Positions 38,567-52,241 of a stretch of DNA of 64,000 nt are shown here, in pieces. Origin of the DNA: Octopus sinensis (Eukaryota); contig NC_043010.1 of assembly GCF_006345805.1 (NCBI RefSeq), positions 50,096,001 to 50,160,000 on the forward strand, read 5' to 3'. Position 1 is the first letter of the stretch. Each line of letters opens with the position of its first letter. The notes under the pieces are model-generated. The model ran no database searches and was not told where the DNA came from. It worked only from the letters and a program-made list of their open reading frames with translations. Position numbers and translations under genes: made by a program.

Positions 38567-39654
38567 AGAAACTTATCCCAAATGCTTGCAACAGAACTGA
38601 TTCTATTAATAGAACAACTCAAAGGTCAGGTTGTGGTGGTGGTGATGGTAGTGGTGTAAAACACTATAACAGATTTGGTCAACAACTGAAGAACAAGGAT
38701 GATCCTTTCCATAGTCTACCTCACAGTTTCCGTCTTCTAAATTTCCCTTATGAGACCTTAGTTGACTCCAAGGTTATGTTAGAAGACATTTACCCAAGGG
38801 GCTGTGAGGTGGAATTGAACCCATAACCACAGAGTTATGAAATGGACTTCTCAACTGCATAACCATAACCATGCTTGCTGCCTTTATATTATTGCTATAA
38901 GGTGGTGAGCTGGCAAAATCATCAGTGTATCGGGCAAAATGCTTGATGGCATTTCTTCTTACTCTTTAAAGCATTATGTGCTCAAATCCCACGAAGGTCA
39001 ACTTTGCCTTTCATTCTTTCAGGGTTGATGAAACAGAGTACCAGTCAAGTACTGGGACGTTGGTGTAATCAATTAACCCCCTCCCCTAAGAAATCTACTG
39101 CCCTTCTGCCACAATTTTAAACAATTATATTGCTGCTTCCATGTATGTACTTTGTTGTTATGCTAGAATGTAATGAGAAGACTCACAGCAAAGACATTTG
39201 TCTCTTGCAAATCAAGACTATTTTAAATGGGTTTTAAAAGGGATAAAAAGACCCTAGTGAGCTTTGTTATTAAACTTTTGTTGGTGGTGGGAGGAACTGC
39301 TCTCAGACTTGGAAACTTGTCCCAAAATGCTTGCGACAGAACTGACTCTATTAAGCAACAACCGAAGGACCAGGTTGTGGTGGTGGTTATCTCAGGTTAG
39401 TGAACTTTGTGAAAGATATAACAAGAGACTGCAATAAGTGGCATGAAGTGGTTCTGGAGAAGAGCATGGAAGAGTAAATAGAAAATGATGATGAGGATGA
39501 TGTATTACAATTGGTATTTTAGGTGATTCATAATAGCTGTGCTTTAAATAAATAAATTTTTTTCTTTTTCAAGCTAAGAGGTCTGTAAACAGTTTTGTAC
39601 CCTGGTATGACATTCATGTACTCCTCAATGAAAGGAAAAAAAAAAACTAGACAT

Positions 39655-40060
39655 AGGTATGGCTGTGTGGTAAGAAGCTTGCTTCTCAACCACATAGTTC
39701 CAGGTTCAGTCCCACTGTATGACACCATAGGCAAGTGTCTTCTATTATATCCTCAGGCTGACCAAAGCCTTGTGAGTGGATTTGGTAGATGGAAACTTAA
39801 AGTAGCCTGTCATATATACACACACACACACACACATATGTTTGTCTGTGTGTCTGAGTTTGTTCCCTGCCACCATTGCTTGAGAACCAATGTTGGTGTG
39901 TTTACGTCCCCATAACTTAGTGGTTCAGCAAAAGAGACTGAAAGAATAATTACTAGGCTTACAAAGAATAAGATCTAGGGTTGATTTCTTCGACTAAAAA
40001 CTTTTAAGGCAGTGTTCCAGCATGGCCGCAGTCAAATGACCGAAACGTGTAAAAGAATTT
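39655..40060 (+). mobile_element. SINE family A, full length, more decayed
   Basis: Collinear with the copy at 37530. Confidence 0.8.
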
Positions 40061-43000
40061 TAAAAAATACATCATACAAATGGAAGTAGCAAGAAAATTA
40101 ATGGGAGCTAGAAAGCAGAATGTTACATATGAGATAGTAGCAGAAACATACATTGCAGCTATTTACGCATCACAAGAATTTAAAGAATTTAGGAAAAAAA
40201 AAGCCATTTCTTGGCAAATCTTTCATGGATGAACGAACTCTTGAATGATTGTAACAATAAAAGAACTGAAACAGTTATCTTATTTAAAGACTATCACACA
40301 GAGGTGAATAGTATCATTGATAGATTGAAAATTATAATATTCTTTTGGTTGTATTTTTGCAGTTATTTTACCATTTTAGCCTAGCTTGAAGCAGCATCTT
40401 TCTTAACTTTTATTTTTCAATGCCGCTTGAAAGGGCATCCAGCCACAGAAACAATGCCAAAGACGACATTGGAGCCTAACATGGCCTTGTAGCTTACTTG
40501 TTTCAGTTAAACCACCCAGCCCATGCTAGCATGGAAAGTGGACCTTAAATGATGTCATTGTATTCCATCTAGGACCAACTTATTAATCGAAAATATGGGC
40601 TCCTATCTATTTTCTATAGCTAGGATATCATGGTGTAAGACTAATAATATACGTGTCCTGAGTTTCCCCAGTGAAACAGGGAATGGCAGGTATCTTGGTG
40701 AATTCCTCCATCCAATAGTTCCTTAGAATTGATGGACTTCACATTGTGAATAAGAACTTTTGTTTGTAACTGAGAGAGTACTTAAGCAAACATTGTGGCC
40801 TTTCTTGGGACTATGCAGCCCGAGCAAAGTGAAATAGAGGACCAATGGATGTCTTTGACAAATCAAATAAACTTTATTTCTTATATTCTATTATGCTTTG
40901 AATTTCGCTAAATAACCTCTGGAATTTTTCGCTTACAACAATAGGATCTTGTTGACTTTTCTCCAACCAGTTGAAATATTTCAAATTTTCAAGATTATTT
41001 AAAAGAAAAAATGTAGTTTGTCATACTGATGACAACAATTACTTTTTTTTTTTCTAGTAATTAAAAATAAAGCTACATCATCAGCGTTATTTGATAAAAT
41101 TCTGGTGAAAATTTGAACTACTTCAAGTAGTTGGAACAAATTTAACAAGATCCCAATTATAACTTTTCAGAGGTTCTGTTTGTTTATATTTCCCCACTTT
41201 TTTTTACTCCTATTTTTCTTTTTTGTTTTTCCTCCTCTATATTCAAGAGGTTGTAGCATCAGGATTTATAATACTCAAAATAAGTTTAAGAGTTGGTTTT
41301 TGGTTTTAATATTTGAAGTAGTAACATGCTTTTAAAATTTATTTCATTATCCAGCCTATTTCAGCTTAAATACAACAACACAAGGAAATATACCCTTCCC
41401 TCATCTCTCTATCCCTCACACAAATCTATTCATGTAAATAGGGAGCAGGTCTTCTTATAGATGTGTCATGTTGAAAGCAACTATAAAGTTTTTTGCTTTT
41501 TATTCGTTGGATCCTGTCAAATTGTCCAACCTATACCAGCATGGAATGTGGACACTAAATGATGGTAAAGAATTTTTAATATTTTTATCCCCCCAAAGAC
41601 TACATAGTTCTTATTTATATTATATCACTAAAACCATAACACAATAATTTTTCTGAAACCTCTACATTTTTTGATTTTTTTTGTTGTTTTAGTGTTTTAA
41701 CACTTTTATTTTGTATTTGTCTTCTTGTATGATATTAAATTATGAATTATTGCTGTTGGTTGCTGATAAATCTAACTTTAATTCCGTGTATATGTGTGTC
41801 TTTTTAAAATTTATTTATTTGTTTTATTGGGCGAGCATGTATCATTACTAAAATCAGAGCTGAATGCTTAATTTTAGACATACCAAGAAAAAATATACAC
41901 AAATCTGAAGGTTTATTTTTTGTTCCATTGAACTTTCCACTGTAATGGATATGTATTGTGATTTTACTGTTTTTCTTTATAAAAATAAAAAACTCAAATT
42001 GGTGGTGAATGGGATGGGAGGGTGGTACTCTCTGATATATATGAGAGGACAGAGAATTGTTATCCAGCAAATTTAGAGGCTTTTTTTTTTCTAATTTAAG
42101 AAATTTTCTGAAGAAAGACTCAAGACAAATAGTCAGAAAAAAAATAATCTTTTAACAAAACCAAACTGTTTATGTGATATGGGATTAGCTGAGAATATTT
42201 CTCTGTCTTGATCAAGTTTTGAACAATGGGGTCACATTTCACTTTTTATTTCTTCATTATAAAGTACAGTAAAATAAAGTGTAAAAACTGTGCCCTTTCT
42301 TTTTCGTTCTTCCTCTTGCTGCTAACACACCAGGTTAACCCTTTCATTTTAATTTACATTTGTTTTTGTTTTTCTGTGGAAATGTTTTTGGTAAATATCT
42401 TGGACTTTCTCTATATGCAATCTTCTGTGGAAAAATAAAACTTTTACAATCAATCAATTATTATTTTACATTGTCTTGATTATTGTTCTCATTTTGATTG
42501 ACTTTCTACAATATTAGTGTCCTGCCTGCATACCTTCAATAATATATCTTCATTGATCAGTAACATTCAAAAGAAAGCCCCCTTTTTCTTACTTAATACA
42601 GGTTGATGTCGACTTACCACGATTGGTTCTGACTGACTAGTCGTAAGTCGGCCTATGGGCCTACATATCTTTGCTTTATATTTTCACATTTTTAAGGTAC
42701 ATTCTTAGGTAAGTCACACACAGTTTTCTGTATTATACAACAGTGTTATTTGTTCAGAGACTCAAGCAGTCATCTAATAAACAAATGCGTGGTTGCCTTG
42801 ATGTCTCCGCAATGGGATATTCATCCAACACTTGAGATAACCACAGTGGCAATCAAACACCAAACCTAGGGTAAGTGTTTGTTAGCTGCCATCATCCGTA
42901 GATGGGTTAATTTACCCTTTAGTGTTTGCATTATTCTACCAAAATTAATCCTTTTTTATCCACATTGTCTTGAACTAATCATGCATTATCTTGTAGCTAT

Positions 43001-45198
43001 GAGATTTTGATGAGGTAGCTGTTAATTTTTAAAATGATATTGTAGGGCTGGTGTGAGAGACCAGATCTGGCCAGTTTGAACATAAAACAGGCAGAATACT
43101 TTTGGCGGGTTTGAATGCTAAAGGGTTAAAAGAAATTAAAACCATTAGATTTCAACTGGACTATATATTACTGCTGCCGGGAGCTGGCATGCCAGTCATC
43201 GTAAAGTTGATTGGTTGTAAGTCAATGATGACCTGTCCCAGTACTTTTTTCCACTGCCTGCACTGTTTCAGCATTCACAGCTATTGAAAACTGTCTCAAA
43301 GGAGAAAAATGTGAAGTTGGTTTCTAGTCCTTAGAGTAGAAAAGATTATATCATACTGTATTGTTACTGGGTCAAAACTTGAGTATATTTAAATTTATTC
43401 GTATGAAAATAACATTATTTATGGTATTATTATGGGTGTGTGAAGGTGCATGATTGAGCTCACAATCATGAGGTAGTAAGTTCAATCCCCTTATCATGCT
43501 GTGTTCTTGAGCAAGATACTTTATTTTACATTGCTCCAGTTCACTCAGTTGTAGAAATGAGTTACAACATCGCTGGTGCCAAGCTGTATCGGCCTTTGCC
43601 TTTCCCTTGAATAATATGGAGAGAAGAGGCTGGTATGCATGGGCGACTGCTGGTCTTCCATAAACAGCATTGCCTAGACTTGTACCTCGGAGGGTCACTT
43701 TCTAGGTGCAATCCCATCGTGATTCATAACTAAAGGGGTTCTTTACCCTTTTATGGTTGTGTGGTTAAGATGCTCCCTTTGGAACCAAATGGTTTTGGTT
43801 TCAACAAACGTCTTCCTTCATTCTATAACCCTGGGCAGACCAATGTGGACTTGGTAGATGAAAACTGCATGGAAGCTCTTCATATATATATGTATGTTTG
43901 TGTTTCTCCTCCCACTACCACTGCTTGACAACTGTTGTTAGTTTGTTTACATCCTTGTAACTTTTTTGTTGTTTGTTTGTTCCTTCTCGAGCCATGCCTG
44001 CCTCATAGGGCCGGTTTCCTGGTTTCCTTGGCGTATAGGTTTCCCACCTGGACAGGATGCCGGTCCGTCGCAGGTGAGCTGCAAGATGCAGGAGGAAAGA
44101 GTGAGCAGAAGTTCGCCATTATCTTCTGCCAGGGCCGCGTGGAGCTTAGGTGTTTTGTTCAGAAACACACACATCGCCCGGTCTGAGATTCGAACCCACA
44201 ATCCCTCGACCGTGAGTCCGCTGCTCTAACCACTAGATTATGTGCCTCCAAAAGATACCGAAAAAATGACTACCAAACTAAAACAATAATAGCTGTGGGC
44301 AAAATGCAGCCCATGGGACTTTCTGAATGGCACACCTTACGAAAAATTGCCTCGTTTATCCGTTTATCACTGATTCATTAATCAGTGATCCGGTATATCA
44401 TGGTACACCCAGTTGTGAACCATGTTACACTTATAATGGATTGAGCTGCGATAACACGAGTTGGTGATCAGTTGAAGATTCTGCTGTATTGCAAAAACAA
44501 ATCCTTGCGACGACCCACAAAGCTCTTTCTTCCCGCCCTTTTCAAGCCTAGCCAAGCTCATGGGCCTGGTTTCTCGGTTTCTGTGGCGAATGTGTTCCCC
44601 CCAGCTATACGGGACGCCAGTCCATCGCAGCGTTACCGGGTTCCGATCTGATTTGGTAAGGTTTCTATGGCTGGATGCCCTTCCTAACACCAACCTCTCA
44701 GAGTGTAGTGGGTGTTTTTTATGTGCTACTTTTGTTAAGGTATCAAAATGTTTGGGGATGTTTAAAAATCAATTTGTATGAGTTAGAATTTAGCATTTTA
44801 GCCAAATTAGAGAGGAGGTGATGTCAGCAGAACAGGGGTAATTTGAAACCGGGTTCAAGCTACCCACTGGTGGTAATTTCAAATCGATTTTCGGATTACC
44901 AGGAGCTAACTTAAGTCTTTACGCTGGGCCGACCAAGATTTTATGATTGGATTTGGTAGACGGAAACTGAACGAAGCGTGTCATATAGGTGTGTGTTGTG
45001 TTTGTCCCTCATCGCTTCCTGATAACCCGTAACTTAATGATTCGATGAAAGACACGAACAAATAAAATAAGCATCAGACTTAAAAAAAGTTCTCAGTTCG
45101 ATTTGTTTGACTAAACCTTTCACGTTGGCGCCCCAGCATGGCCGCACACCAATGATTGAAACAAGTAAAAGACTAAACGTAAAAATTAATTTATCCAT

Positions 45199-45580
45199 AA
45201 CTAGCAGTATCGCCCGAGATTGCTCGGGTTTATTTCGACCCTTTAGAATTGGAATTTTTGAAAAGTCAAAAGTTTGCATTATGCAGCTTGTTATCCTCTT
45301 TAAGTGAATATTTTTCTGGTTGAAAAATGGCGACACAGCAGTCAAAAAATCGTAAAAAATAGGGATTTTCATAGAAAAAAAAGCACCTTTTTGATGTAAA
45401 TAATTTTTGGCGTTAACATGGTCCGATTTGAATTTTTCTTCTATGGAAGGAAGAGCAAGCCTTCTTTTATCATACTCTCAATTTTGGTCATCTTGCGCCG
45501 CAGGGTCTCGGAGGAGATAGTGTTAGTTGAAGGCCACCATGCCTGCCATACACAGACAACTTCAGCTGTATATATAAAAT
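45199..45580 (+). mobile_element. Helitron/Helentron-like non-autonomous element (HINE type)
   Basis: Starts aactagcagtatcg with the subterminal hairpin cccgag-attg-ctcggg and ends ...cagacaacttcagctgtatatataaaat. Confidence 0.5.
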
Positions 45581-46277
45581 TTCATTCATTTATCATTATA
45601 AACACCAGGAAGGATCTTCCTCTGTTTGACCATAAGCATAGATAATATTTCCATAGTGCATCGTAACAACATCGCTCTGTCCAGATATGGTTGTCCACTC
45701 TGAGTCGACGAAACAACTGATCACACAGGAATTTACAAAGCTCTGGGGAGCAGGGTATTGAAGGAAACAATGAAATAAAATGCATTAAGTACCAGTAAGT
45801 GATGGAGAAGCACGAAAACAGAATTGAAAGACCATGGGAAAAAAAAACAACTTTGGTCGTCTTGTTGTAGTCGAGGGCTCTTCGTTGATGCCCGACACCA
45901 CTGGGAGGTGGCCCTCGAAGTCGCTGGAAATGGAGATCTCAATGTCCAAATTCTTGAACGGCTGCAGTCGTTGCTGTGGTCGTAGTCGAGGTTTTTGTGG
46001 TCGTCGTGATCGTTGTCGCCGCCGCCGCTGCAATCGACGTTCCTGTTAACAGCCGATTGAGCAAATCTCTATCTCATCCATCTTTTTTGTATATTCATAA
46101 CTTCATTGTCCAATGTTTTCTCTCTCTTTTATTTCGCAATCTGTGTATCATACCTAAAGTAGATACATCGCTGAAAGCCTAGTAAATTGCAGCATCTTTT
46201 ATGGACGTACATTGCTAAAAAAACACAGAGATATATCAGTAGCGGACAAAGATCGTCTGGCACCGGCTGTGGTGGTA

Positions 46278-46322
46278 TTGTTAAATGCGCATTTCTGCTT
46301 CCATGGGTTTCATCAGTAGTAA
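46278..46322 (-). ncRNA. Degenerate type-I hammerhead-like motif (left member of an inverted pair)
   Basis: TTACTA-CTGATGA-AACCCATGGAAGCA-GAAA-TGCGCA-TT-TAACAA, with a perfect palindromic stem III AATGCGCATT. Stems I and II are damaged. Confidence 0.5.
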
Positions 46323-46460
46323 CTGTCTAGAGGCAAATGCATGCTTAGACGAAATCAGCTGCTACCGACATAGTAAAACAGTGATTAAAAAAGTAGTGAT
46401 GTCGCAATTAGTCTGCAGGCCGAATAAAAATTCGTCATGTGCGATAGAAGCAGTGGATAC

Positions 46461-46505
46461 TTGCTACTGACGAAGCCCCAAAAGGCAGAAATACACATTT
46501 AGCAG
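46461..46505 (+). ncRNA. Type-I hammerhead-like motif (right member of an inverted pair)
   Basis: TTGCTA-CTGACGA-A-GCC(CCAAAA)GGC-A-GAAA-TACACA-TT-TAGCAG. Stem I pairs 6/6 including one G.U. Confidence 0.55.
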
Positions 46506-46562
46506 TGCCACCACATCTGTTGGACGATTTTAGCAGTGCCACCACATCTGTTGGACGATTTT
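46498..46562. repeat. 31-bp tandem duplication (tttagcagtgccaccacatctgttggacgat x2)
   Basis: Exact repeat with period 31. Confidence 0.95.
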
Positions 46563-47179
46563 CACCGGCTTCCGATATATTCCTTCCTTTTTCCTTTAAC
46601 GTGCATACACGTTTATAAGAGATGCTATCTCGAGACGAATATTACAATTTAGCAGGCTTTCAACAATGTATCTGCTTTATGTATGATACACAGATAGCAA
46701 TTTTGAACTAATACTGTTTCTGTCACACATAACAATTTTTTTTTCCTTTCATTCATTTAAAATCATAGGGTATAATTTGAGGTCGCTTTGGCTCCTATTC
46801 CGAGCACTTCAAGCGACTGGGGAGTGAAAGTTCCCATTTTTCTGCGTATTGTAATTTTCTAAAGGCACGATATTGCGTCTGTGATGAGATACGAACTATC
46901 GACGCTTTATTTAGATGCCATGTGTCCTTATTGAACTAGGCAACCGTTGAATTTAGCCGTCGAATTCCCTACATGTAAATAACTCACTTTAATGAAGCAG
47001 CCCGTTAACTGTTGTCGTGTAAAACACAATGTTTTATAAGCAGAGTTTGCTGTTGTTAGCGCATTTAATGAGCGAATCAACGTCTCCATCCTATGTCCAA
47101 CACATACCGCGACATCACTCACACGTTGCATCTATTTACTTATTTACGACTTTGGTTAGACAAGTTCATCACCGTCAAT

Positions 47180-47605
47180 GATATGCAGTGTGACTTTGCG
47201 TGCGTGTGTGTGTGTGTGTGTGTGTGTGTTTGTGTGTGTGTATTTGCGTGGGTATTTGTGTGTGTGTGTATGTGTATGCGTGTGTGTGTGTGTGAGTGTG
47301 TGTGTATTTGCGTGTGTGTTTGTGTTTGAGTGTGTGTGTTTGTGTGTGTGTGTATTTGCGTGTGTGTGTGTTTATGTGTGTATTTGCGTGTGTGTGTTTG
47401 TGTGTGTGTGTATTTGCGTGTGTGTGTATGTTTGTGTGCGTATCTGCGTGTATGTGTGTATTTGCGTGTGTGTTTGTGTGTCTGTATTTGCGCGCGTGTG
47501 TGTGTTAGCCTTTGTATATGTGTGCGTTAGTGTTTTTGTGTGGCGTGTTTGCATTTGTGCATGTGTGCGAAAGTGGGAAGATACGTTCACAGACGTGTGT
47601 GCAAG

Positions 47606-47650
<45 letters not shown>

Positions 47651-47797
47651 GTGTGTGTGTGCGTGTGCGTGTTAGCATTTGTATGTGTGTGCGTTAACGC
47701 TTGTGTATGTATGCGGCAGTGGGAGCATGCGTTCACGTACGTGCGTGCAAATGTGTGTGCGTGTGCGTACGTGTGTCTGCGAGTGTATATGTGTGTT

Positions 47798-47836
<39 letters not shown>

Positions 47837-48306
47837 TCATGTATGCAATATATATAGTGTATAAGCGTGAGCCAATATCTGTGTGTTTATTGGGCATCTA
47901 TATGTCCATTCCTGCAATAGTTATGCGCATGTGTATGAACATATGTGTGTGTGTATTTACATGTTTGCATATGCAATAGGGTGAAGCATCTTTGCGCAGC
48001 GTCTGCATAATTGTATGTATGTATGTATGTATGTATGTATGTGTGCATATATATGTATGTATGCATGTATGTATGTATGTATGTGTGTGTGTATGTATGT
48101 ATGTATGCATGTATGTATGCATATATATGTATGTATGTATGCATGTATGTATGTATGTATGTATGCATGTATGTATGTATGCATATGTATGTATGTATGT
48201 ATGTATATATGTATGCATATATGTATGTATTTATGTATGCATAAGTATGTATGTATGCATATGTATGTATGTATGCATATGTATGTATGTATGTATGTAT
48301 GTATGC

Positions 48307-48339
<33 letters not shown>

Positions 48340-48444
48340 TTTATGTATGTATGTATGTATGTATGTATGTATGTATATGTATGTATGTATGTATGTATGT
48401 ATATATGTATGTATGCATGTATGTATGTATGTATGTATGTATGC

Positions 48445-48477
<33 letters not shown>

Positions 48478-49162
48478 TGTATGTATCTATGTATGTATCT
48501 ATGTAAGAAACGTATAAGTTTGAGCAACAATGTCCACTGAACTAAGTTTTACATATCGACATATAGACTCACACACATATATATACCAAAATTCACACAA
48601 CCCTCTCTCTCTCTCTCCCTCTCTCTCTCTCCCTCTCTCCCTCTCTCTTTCTGTCTGTCTGTCTCTGTCTCTCTCTCTCTCTCACACACACACATACATA
48701 CATATATGCACACACATTCATACATACATGCACACACATTCATACACACAATCGACCAGCAATTTAAACAGTAGGGAACAATAACAGGTATCGCATCTAT
48801 GGAGGGTCTTTGCTCCTTATTTTCTATCCTATTTTTGTGTGGGCTGCCTTCATCCCTCCTCTCTCGTCCTCACTCTCGTCCTCATTATCACAGTAATTGT
48901 TGTTGTTCTTGCAGTTGCTGTTGTTGCGACAGGTTAAGGTTTAGGTATCATTTTAAAACACGTAGTTTGTGAGAAGTTATTAAAGGATGTTGGCCAGATT
49001 AAGCGAGGCTTTGTTCCCGACCCCTCTTCCATACACCGTGTTACGCTTTTCGCTCAAATTGAAAAATTGACGATCTATATATGTATATATATATATATAC
49101 ATGTGTGCGTATGTGCGTATGTGCGTGTGTGTGTGTGTACATGAATAAAAACAGACATATGC

Positions 49163-49199
<37 letters not shown>

Positions 49200-49350
49200 A
49201 TATATTTATAGATAGATAGATAGATAAGTAGATAGATAATAGATCTATGTGTGTATATATATGTATATATGAGCAAATATGCATGTGTGTATGTATATGC
49301 ATATATATATATATTATATATATATATATACATATATACATATTATACAC

Positions 49351-49420
<70 letters not shown>

Positions 49421-49750
49421 GCATATATATATGCATACATAGATACATACACACACACATATCACACGAACATATATATATATATATACATTAGCGTTTA
49501 TATGTATGCATAGATGCCTGCATACATATATGCATATGTATATATATGTGTGTGTGTATGTAAGTATATATATATCTATGTATATATACATATATACATA
49601 TTATACACATATATATACATACATACACATATACATATATATATATACATACACACACACATATATATATAATATATATATATATACATACATACACATA
49701 TACATATATATATGTATATATACATATATACATATATATATGTGTGTGTG

Positions 49751-49816
<66 letters not shown>

Positions 49817-49908
49817 CTATATGCATATATACAGATATGCATATGACAGCCATCATCTGTATATACACACACACATATATATGCACACATAGGCATCATA
49901 TGTGTATG

Positions 49909-49943
<35 letters not shown>

Positions 49944-50573
49944 ACATAAATACATAAATACATACATACATACATACATACATACATACATACATACATA
50001 CATGTACTCCTGTTAGTCACAGAGAGTTTTGAGATAAAGGCCAGTTCTGGACAGATAATGCTAATAGGACATCTCGGCCATGGAGATTTATGGAGCATAT
50101 TTCTCTTCACTTGACTCAGGCAGTTGGGCATGTCAGCCCTTAAATACACACAACACCCGAAACTGTCACCTCAATCATCACAACGTCCCCGCTCATTATT
50201 TCAACTGACGTGTCCACGCCAAATGATCTACAGGCGCCTTCAAACAAAAACACTCCTCTACTTTCGTTTTCGACTTGACCCATCGCCACCGTCGCCGTCC
50301 CCATCACTACGGCTTTATAAGTTTTATATATACGCTCTAGTCTTCCTCTTTCCGCCACCCTTTTGGCTATTCTCTGTATTTCTCTGTCAGTCCGTCTGTC
50401 TGTCTGTCTCCTCTCTCTATATGTATATCTCTCTCTTTCACCCCTCTCTCACACTCTCTTTATGTTTTTCTCTCTTTCTCTAATTCTCTCACTCCCATTC
50501 TATGCGTGTATTATGTATGTATATATATATATATATACATACATATATACATATTATACACATATATATACAT

Positions 50574-50614
<41 letters not shown>

Positions 50615-51254
50615 ATATACTTATTATGTATATAAAAATATACACATGCATGCATACATACATATTTACACACACACACAAACACACACACATATATATG
50701 TATTATAAAACTATATGATAGATATATATACATATATGTATATACACACACACACATATATAAACATCTCTCTCTCCTCTCTCTCTATACAAACATGAAG
50801 ATATACATACATACATACATACATACATACATACATACATACATGCATACATACATATACATGTATGCATGCACACTCACATTATATATTTTATCTATCA
50901 GCCTTTTTCTCTCTAATCAATCTATATTTTTATAATCTATTTTAACAAAAAAACTTTTTCTTTCTGGCCACATGATCTCACTCCGCTCTCTCTCCCACTC
51001 TTTCTCTCTCCCTATTTCTTTCTCGATCTCTCTCTCTCACTTTTCCCCCACTCTCATATACATTAATTCATTCTCTTTCTTTCCAACTCTCTTTTATCTT
51101 CTCTTCCTTACTCCGTCTTATACCGTTATTATATTTGTCTTACCAATAATCCACTTTCATCCTTTTTTCCCCTCCTTCTTCTGATCTTAGCCTCTCGTTC
51201 ATTCTGACCACCGACTCGCCTTTCTTTTTTTGACCGCACCACTGCCACACCCGT

Positions 51255-51297
<43 letters not shown>

Positions 51298-51454
51298 CAC
51301 ACACACACACACATTATTCTTACGTATTTTAAATTTTATTTCGCAGCCAACCCTCTTAACTCATCTTTTCTACCTATCAATCTCCCCACACCCTCTCTCT
51401 CTCTCTCTATATATATATATGAATATATGCACATACATACATACATACATACAT

Positions 51455-51493
<39 letters not shown>

Positions 51494-51815
51494 CATACAT
51501 ACATATATATTCACATGCACTATTTCATGTCATACATATATATGTATTATATATATATTAAATACATATATTATCATATATGTACATATATTATATATAT
51601 ATATATATATATATGAATATATACGCACACACATATATATAATATAATATATGTGTGCGTGTATAACTACATATAAATGTAGGTGTACGTTTATGCATTA
51701 TATTATATATATGTACACACACACACATATATGTATGTATGTATGTATATACATACATACACATACGTATTGTGATTTCTTTTTATCGATCTTTCTATTA
51801 TCTATTTTCTATCTA

Positions 51816-51909
<94 letters not shown>

Positions 51910-51910
51910 C

Positions 51911-51969
<59 letters not shown>

Positions 51970-51986
51970 AATCTATCTATCTATCC

Positions 51987-52053
<67 letters not shown>

Positions 52054-52054
52054 C

Positions 52055-52105
<51 letters not shown>

Positions 52106-52202
52106 GCTTCAAACTTCTCGGGAGATGATGGGCAGTCAATTATACTTAGTGATAAGGTTGAGACCAACTTGGCCAGCAGCTTTTTACAAACGTCCGAAAC
52201 GT

Positions 52203-52241
<39 letters not shown>

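Noticed and set aside
45856-45960. PVVLGVNEE and SSDFEG resemblance to GAPDH motifs
   Set aside because: The two motifs are in the wrong order and spacing, and the similarity is too short to support.
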